Assembly: GCA_046484405.1 (NCBI GenBank)
Contig: JAWOIX010000074.1
Location: 1,083-65,082, forward strand
DNA length: 64,000 bases
Source of the DNA: Pelovirga sp.
GTDB taxonomy: Bacteria; Desulfobacterota; Desulfuromonadia; Desulfuromonadales; Geopsychrobacteraceae
Direction of reading: 5' to 3'
The number at the start of each line of letters is the position of its first letter. Positions within the stretch are counted from its first letter, which is position 1. The notes below the pieces were generated by a model. That model ran no database searches. It was not told the DNA's origin and was given only the letters and a program-made list of their open reading frames with translations. Shown here in pieces: positions 58,394 through 64,000 of the stretch. Made by a program: the position numbers and the translations under genes.

Positions 58394-58966
58394 TCAGGTC
58401 AGTTTCTTCAACAACCAGGCCATGTTTTCTCCCAGGCGGCGCATGGTTGCCATCCCCTCGCTGTCATGTTCCACCTCGCCGATGTTGCGACCGAAAGCGA
58501 TATTCCAATAATTGGAACCGGGGATAATCATCTCGTTGATAAGAAAATAATTCTGCAGGGTCTGCAGCGCGTGCATGGCGCCGCCGCGCCGGACCGCCAC
58601 CACCCCCGCGGCGACCTTGCGCTGCAGGGCGGAATCATTGGCACGGGCGACCATCCCGGTACGATCAATAAAGGCTTTCATTTCCGCCGTGACATCGGCA
58701 AAATAGGTCGGCGACCCGAGTAACAGCCCATCGGCCGCGAACAGCTCCGGCAGAAGATCATTGACCAGATCGTCGGTGATGGTACAACGCCGGTCCTTGT
58801 TGCTGAAACACTGCATGCAGGCGCTGCAGCCGCGCAGGGCGGTTCCGGCGAGGGGCACTATGCGGGTACTGATACCGGCCGCCGCAAGGGGTTCGCAAAC
58901 CGCCTGCAGAAGACGGGCGGTATTGCCCTGCGGGCGCGCACTGCCATTGATTGCTAGCACTTTCAT
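58394..58966 (-). CDS. Iron-sulfur flavoprotein (multimeric flavodoxin family)
   Basis: INGSARPQGNT, CSACMQC..C, GSPTYF and VRRGGA motifs. Confidence 0.9.
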   Translation of the reverse strand: MKVLAINGSARPQGNTARLLQAVCEPLAAAGISTRIVPLAGTALRGCSACMQCFSNKDRRCTITDDLVNDLLPELFAADGLLLGSPTYFADVTAEMKAFIDRTGMVARANDSALQRKVAAGVVAVRRGGAMHALQTLQNYFLINEMIIPGSNYWNIAFGRNIGEVEHDSEGMATMRRLGENMAWLLKKLT

Positions 58967-59097
58967 CGTCGGTCACTCCTTAAACAGCACTTATAAAGAC
59001 AGTGGAGACTGGCGAAACGGGGCACCGGACAACCGGCACTGATGCCCTTCTCTGCCGATCCCGCATTGTTGCCAGACCGTTGTCACACAGGGCCAGC

Positions 59098-59619
59098 ATG
59101 AAAAAAAATATTGTTCTGATCGGCATGCCGGGGGCGGGCAAAAGCACCACCGGCGTTATTCTCGCCAAGCGGATCGGTTTCGATTTTATTGACACCGATC
59201 TGCTCATTCAGGCGCGCACAGGTCTGCGCCTGCAGCAGATCATCGACACCCAGGGACTGCCGCGTTTTCGCGAGATCGAAGAACAGACCCTCGAGGAGCT
59301 GACCGCTGAAGGCGCTGTCATCGCCACCGGCGGCTCCGTGATTTACTGCCCGCGCGGCATGGCGGCACTCGCCGGGCGGGGCCTTTTCGTCTACCTGCAG
59401 GTGCCCCTGGCACTGCTTGAGCAACGTCTCGCGGACATGGGACAACGCGGCCTGGTGATGCATAAGGGGCAGACCCTTGAACACCTCTACCGGCAACGCG
59501 TCCCCCTCTACCAGAAGTACGCCGACCTCACCCAGGACTGCGCCGGCCTCAGTGCCGAAGAGGTGGCCACCGCCCTGGAAACAAGCCTGCGGCGCACCTG
59601 CCCGGAATTGTCAACCTGA
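59098..59619 (+). CDS. aroK: Shikimate kinase
   Basis: LIGMPGAGKST, FIDTD, FREIE, VIATGGS and RVPLY motifs. Confidence 0.88.
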   Translation: MKKNIVLIGMPGAGKSTTGVILAKRIGFDFIDTDLLIQARTGLRLQQIIDTQGLPRFREIEEQTLEELTAEGAVIATGGSVIYCPRGMAALAGRGLFVYLQVPLALLEQRLADMGQRGLVMHKGQTLEHLYRQRVPLYQKYADLTQDCAGLSAEEVATALETSLRRTCPELST

Positions 59620-60045
59620 CTTGATATAGTGGGTCAACTGCTGGATGAGGAATTCCTTCTCGGAGATGGATGCCTTGACCAGATCGCCGATGGACACCAG
59701 TCCGCCGAGGGAGCCGCCGTCAAGCACGGGCAGGTGACGACAGCGCTTTTCCGTCACCAGCGACATGCACTCATCCACCGACTGGTCCGGCCTGACGTAG
59801 AGAACCATGGATGTCATGATGTCGCGAATGGGCAGCTTCAGCGCCGACGATTTTTTCCTGACCACTGTCCTGATGTAGTCCCGTTCGGAAAAGATCCCTG
59901 CGATATCACCATCATCGTCCACCACCACCAGGGCACCGATGCCGGCCTCAACCAGCAGATTCAATGCCTCCTGCAGAGTCTCGTCCTGGTGGATGGTCAC
60001 GACCTCTCGTCCCTTATCCGCCAGGATTTCCTTGACCGTTTTCAT
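59611..60045 (-). CDS. CBS-pair domain protein
   Basis: GALVV..GIFSERD and RHLPV..GLVSIGDLVK motifs; AGGAGG RBS. Confidence 0.92.
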   Translation of the reverse strand: MKTVKEILADKGREVVTIHQDETLQEALNLLVEAGIGALVVVDDDGDIAGIFSERDYIRTVVRKKSSALKLPIRDIMTSMVLYVRPDQSVDECMSLVTEKRCRHLPVLDGGSLGGLVSIGDLVKASISEKEFLIQQLTHYIKSG

Positions 60046-60180
60046 CTGCAACCTCCTGTCCCAAGTCGGAATCCTCATCCCATCTTACCCATCTGCCCGG
60101 GAAAGTCGAAGGAAAAAGCAGACGGTATTTGCCACCGTCTCTCCACCTGGCACCGAAAGATCTTCTGTATTCTATCTCCC

Positions 60181-60243
60181 GTATTCTGTATTCTGTATTC
60201 TGTATTCTGTATTCTGTATTCTGTATTCTGAATTCAGAATTCT
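60181..60243. repeat. Heptamer tandem repeat (GTATTCT)7 plus two degenerate copies
   Basis: Seven perfect units 60181-60229, then GAATTCA GAATTCT; degenerate units also just upstream. Confidence 0.95.
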
Positions 60244-60316
60244 GTTTTTCCCTGTTCTCTCATCCGCCGCTGTCGCACACCAGCTTCCGCTCCCCACCCA
60301 AGGAGCAAGGTGAAAC

Positions 60317-60985
60317 ATGATGAAATTCTTCAGCACGGTTCTATTTACGTGTTTCCTGGCCGCCTGCGCTCCCCAGCACAGCGCCGTCAGGCAGAATCTT
60401 GACTGGTCGGAGATCAACACCGTTACACTGGCCGAATTTGACGACAATGTCTGGCACCTGCGCCCCCTGGTCGAGCAGGAAGTGACAGCTCTTGGTTTGC
60501 GTATCCTTGGGCCGGGGCCGGCTGCGCCTGATCTTCTGATCAGCTTTTCCGGCGAGCAGGTGGCGGATATCGCGGAATCCGGCAGCATCATCTATCGCTT
60601 AAGAACCCTGCAGTTGCAGCTGCGGGATGGCAGCGGCCAGACGGAACTGTACCGGGGCCATTATGTGCTGTCCTCCTCCCAGCACCCGCGCCAGGGGATC
60701 CGCCGGCTGTTCGCCGAACTGCACCGGCAGATCCGTGCGACGGCGCCAGACACAGCCCCTGCTGTCATTGGCAACGCCACCAGCGCCCCCGCACCACCGG
60801 AGGATCGCGCCGCACCGGCCGGAGCAACGGCACCAGCGTCCCGACCTGTCACCACACCAACGAACCCGCCGGCACAAAAGCCGGAGCAGGGCCTCGAGGC
60901 AAACCCCTCCGGGTCATCCTGGCTGCCACGCTTTCAGGGCTGGGGGTTCTCCGACTGGGGGAGTTCACCCGACACTGCAGAGTAG
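60317..60985 (+). CDS. Hypothetical lipoprotein with Pro/Ala-rich linker
   Basis: Lipobox FLAAC, globular N-terminal domain, PA-rich tract, Trp-rich C terminus. Confidence 0.7.
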   Translation: MMKFFSTVLFTCFLAACAPQHSAVRQNLDWSEINTVTLAEFDDNVWHLRPLVEQEVTALGLRILGPGPAAPDLLISFSGEQVADIAESGSIIYRLRTLQLQLRDGSGQTELYRGHYVLSSSQHPRQGIRRLFAELHRQIRATAPDTAPAVIGNATSAPAPPEDRAAPAGATAPASRPVTTPTNPPAQKPEQGLEANPSGSSWLPRFQGWGFSDWGSSPDTAE

Positions 60986-61688
60986 ATTCTCGCCGGTGTC
61001 TCAATGACAGGCAGGGGTGGTGTCACATCTGCGACTCAATCCTTTACTGCGCACGCAAGTCGCCGCAAACGATCGCCCCAACCCTAAACATGACTACTTT
61101 ACTACATGGACCCGCCTTGATTTCCTATGGTTTTCATCGTTTTTACCTTTCGTCTTTCCATCCCGAAAAATGCATCTTCAGGCACCGCTTTATTCGCATA
61201 AATGCATATTATTAAAAGGGAAACCCTTTTAAAAAATTGTAAAAACAAGGGGCCGGTTTTGATTGACTGATACCCTAAAAGTTGGTAATTAACAGATCGT
61301 GCGCTCGCCCGAACGTTCATTCATTTCTTTGGCCAGCGACCGAACGACTATTCTTTTCAGACTTTTCAGGGGGTCGCTGCCTGTCACAAGTGCAGGGTCT
61401 CCGCTACGCACAACCCTACGGATCATATGAGCAACACAGTTTTTTTGTTACGTCAGAACAACACAAATCGCCGGATCAGCTGAAATTTAAAACACGCTCA
61501 TCGTAAACGTATCAAGAAAGGAGGTGTCGCATTCGTTGCTATGGCTAAAGGGCAACAATGCCCGCGCCCTGCCTGACGCTCAGACATTGACCGGAACAGG
61601 GCGATGATATTCGGGGAAATCGACTGCCACTTGCGGCTCCCCGGGTAAACATGCAGTTATCACGTGTCTATCCCACTACGGAGGTATC

Positions 61689-64000
61689 ATGAACAAGTTT
61701 TTTACCTGGATGAAACAGAGCAGGCTGTCCCTGCTGCTGGCATTGATTCTGGCGACCGGCCTGCTGGTCAGCGGTTGCGGATCAGACAGTTACGACACTC
61801 CAAAAAGCACCCAAACGACCCCAATCAATGGTGCAGCCACTGATGTTTTGATTGATGTCGATACGCTCAAATCCTGGATTGACAGTGGCCGCATCAATGA
61901 TGAGGCCGGCTTTGACAGCAAGGTCGTGATTCTTGATTACTATGCTTATAACGAGGACAATATTCTTGAACCACGCATCCCCGGTGCCTGCCGGGTCACC
62001 AGGGCTGAACTTGATCAGGCCCGCTTTGAAGGCGTGGGACTGGCAGCACCGCTGGTGGCGACCGGTGCTCAGATGGATGCACTTATCCAGCGACTGGGCA
62101 TTGATGACGACACAACCATCGTTTTCACAACATCCGGTGCAGCTTATTACGCAACCCGCGCCTACTGGATCTTCCGTTACTGGGGATTCCCGAAAGAGCG
62201 CCTGAAGCTGCTTGACGGTGGCCAGACCGCCTTTGCCGCCGCTTACCCTGAGCTGATGACGACAAACGTCCCCAGCCCCGATCCTTCAACCTACAGTGTC
62301 CGTAACCTGCCGGCGCTGAACGATGATCTGCGTGCCTCCATTGGTGAGATGATCGAGATCGTCAAGACCGATCTGACCTCGTCGACCTCCAACCTCGTCA
62401 TCGATGCCCGCGGCCCGAACTTCTATTTGGGAAATGCTGCTACCTCGGGACTGGTCGGTGGTGAAGTCGTGGTGTTCGACGGCCATCCAGTCGGCGGCGA
62501 GTACCTCAGCCAGGGAGATTTGTTCACCTCCGGCAAGTTCAAGTCCGCAGCAGAGATCCAGGCACTGTTCGTGGCCAAGGGCTGGGAACCGGGCAAGAAG
62601 GTGACCGTCTACTGCACCTCCGGTTACTCCGCAACCCCGCTGTTTTTCGCCCTCGACGCCATACTGGACGTCCCGGTGCAACTGCATGACGGCTCCTGGA
62701 GCCAGACGGGCAAGTATTCCGAAAACAACCTTGCCGGCGGCCAGATCCCATACGGCTCCGTCTGGGCCCTTGACAAGTACATGGATCCGATTACCCTCAA
62801 CTACAACAATGACATCGCTGCTCCGGCGACCATCGAATCGCTTATCTACGATGCAGACCTGGCACAGCCTTCACCTTTTAACGGGGATAACCCGGCAGAT
62901 GACAGCGACGTCGTGCAAAGCCAGATTGAAGCAGCCGACGAAGCTTTTGCTCCCGGCGGTGGCGGTACGGATTTTTCAGCACCTGTCCTGACGGCGACCG
63001 ACGAAGTTCTGATCGACTACAACACCCTGAAAGCATGGGTTGATGCTGACCTGGTCAATGCCCCTCTGGGCGGTGAGCGGGTTGTCATTGTAGATGTTTC
63101 ATCGACAACTGCCTATGCAGCAGGTCACATCCCCGGAGCGGTCAACTGGACCAGCGCCGGAGTAAACCGCTACGAGGGCCCCAGCATGGGTTTCAATATG
63201 GTGCTCCCCGGTGAAACCTTTGAAGACATGATCCAGAGTGCCGGCATTGATGAGAACACCACCATCGTCATCACCTCGGCAGCAACCAGCACTTTTGCCC
63301 CGAGCCGTATATACTTCCATTTCCGCTACTGGGGTTTCCCGAAAGAGAGGATTAAAGTCCTCAACGGTTACAATGCAGCGTCCTGGCCAAAAGACCAGCT
63401 GACGACTGTAGCACCCACTGTCACTCCTTCGGATCTTGCCCTTGCCGACCTGAATTCTGGTGCTCAAACTCAGACCCGTGTTTCTCTGGCGGAATTGATG
63501 GATGCGGCCCGCGACGAGCGCGGGATGGCCATTGACTTCCGTGGTGACAAACTTGCGACGCTGTCAACAACAGGGGTGTTCCCCCCCTCGGGAGACCATG
63601 TTGTTTTTGAAGGCTATATCAGGGGCAGCAAGTTCTATCCGTTCGGAAACTTCCTCAACCCCGAAAACACCTTTAAAACCTATGACGAAATCGTAGCAGA
63701 CCTTAATAACTTCGGTATTGACGTCGACAGTTTTACTGCCGATGGATCATTTGACAACCCGGCTTACGCTTTCTGTCGCGCCGGCAATATCGGCGGTACC
63801 TGCTACTTTGTTCTGGACGCCATCCTCGGCATCGACACCATGCTCTATGATGGTTCCTGGAGTCAGTGGGGCTCGATGTCCGCCAATGCCGCCAAAGGCG
63901 GTGAACTGGGCGATTACGGACTGGAAGCATGGGCAGTTGATAGCCTCACCTATATGGATGCGTTCAACTACAACGTTGACCATGTCAAAAAAGTAGAGCC
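61689..64000 (+). CDS. Multi-rhodanese lipoprotein made of two tandem ExtH-like modules; continues beyond the window
   Basis: Absent from the ORF track. GGAGG RBS; frame read manually with no stop to the window end. Lipobox LVSGC; VLID..TLK.W, IPGA, FRYWGFPKER, VVF(D/E)G and DGSWSQ each occur twice; active-site-like loops YCTSG and FCRAG. Confidence 0.88.
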   Translation, partial: MNKFFTWMKQSRLSLLLALILATGLLVSGCGSDSYDTPKSTQTTPINGAATDVLIDVDTLKSWIDSGRINDEAGFDSKVVILDYYAYNEDNILEPRIPGACRVTRAELDQARFEGVGLAAPLVATGAQMDALIQRLGIDDDTTIVFTTSGAAYYATRAYWIFRYWGFPKERLKLLDGGQTAFAAAYPELMTTNVPSPDPSTYSVRNLPALNDDLRASIGEMIEIVKTDLTSSTSNLVIDARGPNFYLGNAATSGLVGGEVVVFDGHPVGGEYLSQGDLFTSGKFKSAAEIQALFVAKGWEPGKKVTVYCTSGYSATPLFFALDAILDVPVQLHDGSWSQTGKYSENNLAGGQIPYGSVWALDKYMDPITLNYNNDIAAPATIESLIYDADLAQPSPFNGDNPADDSDVVQSQIEAADEAFAPGGGGTDFSAPVLTATDEVLIDYNTLKAWVDADLVNAPLGGERVVIVDVSSTTAYAAGHIPGAVNWTSAGVNRYEGPSMGFNMVLPGETFEDMIQSAGIDENTTIVITSAATSTFAPSRIYFHFRYWGFPKERIKVLNGYNAASWPKDQLTTVAPTVTPSDLALADLNSGAQTQTRVSLAELMDAARDERGMAIDFRGDKLATLSTTGVFPPSGDHVVFEGYIRGSKFYPFGNFLNPENTFKTYDEIVADLNNFGIDVDSFTADGSFDNPAYAFCRAGNIGGTCYFVLDAILGIDTMLYDGSWSQWGSMSANAAKGGELGDYGLEAWAVDSLTYMDAFNYNVDHVKKVE

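Noticed and set aside
60181-60243. Repeat array as a possible CRISPR or coding repeat (YSVFCIL ORFs)
   Set aside because: 7-bp units with no spacers or cas genes; ORFs crossing it lack an RBS and overlap real genes.
61541-61650. Selenocysteine read-through of the uORF TGA or inside the rhodanese gene
   Set aside because: The rhodanese frame has no in-frame TGA in the window; read-through of the uORF gives no redox motif and no convincing SECIS.

Overview
GC-rich chromosomal window. Gene content suggests a Desulfuromonadales-type deltaproteobacterium (inference from the ExtH-like rhodanese, AhbD-like/hemE/hemH cluster, acetoin dehydrogenase genes and gspC-N order). In order it holds: a partial lipid A acyltransferase, upp-uraA, a polar amino-acid ABC operon with a ~360-nt structured leader, DUF1015-HAD-GIY-YIG genes, a cobalamin riboswitch with btuBFCD, acoXABC, an NhaP/Pmp3/amidoligase/glutamine amidotransferase cluster, EfpL (YeiP), a GIDE-LemA-J-domain operon, DUF2868 plus a DUF3482 GTPase, photolyase, glutathionyl-hydroquinone reductase, heme biosynthesis genes, a two-component system, a type II secretion cluster (gspC-N), small redox genes, aroK and a heptamer microsatellite. 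At the right edge is a >770-aa lipoprotein made of two tandem ExtH-like double-rhodanese modules, which the ORF track missed. No tRNA, rRNA, CRISPR array or transposase was seen. Best leads: the duplicated surface rhodanese and its structured leader, an unassigned ~180-nt rod-shaped RNA, and the GIDE/LemA/J-domain and DUF2868/GTPase membrane modules. All calls come from motif recognition by eye; no database search was run.
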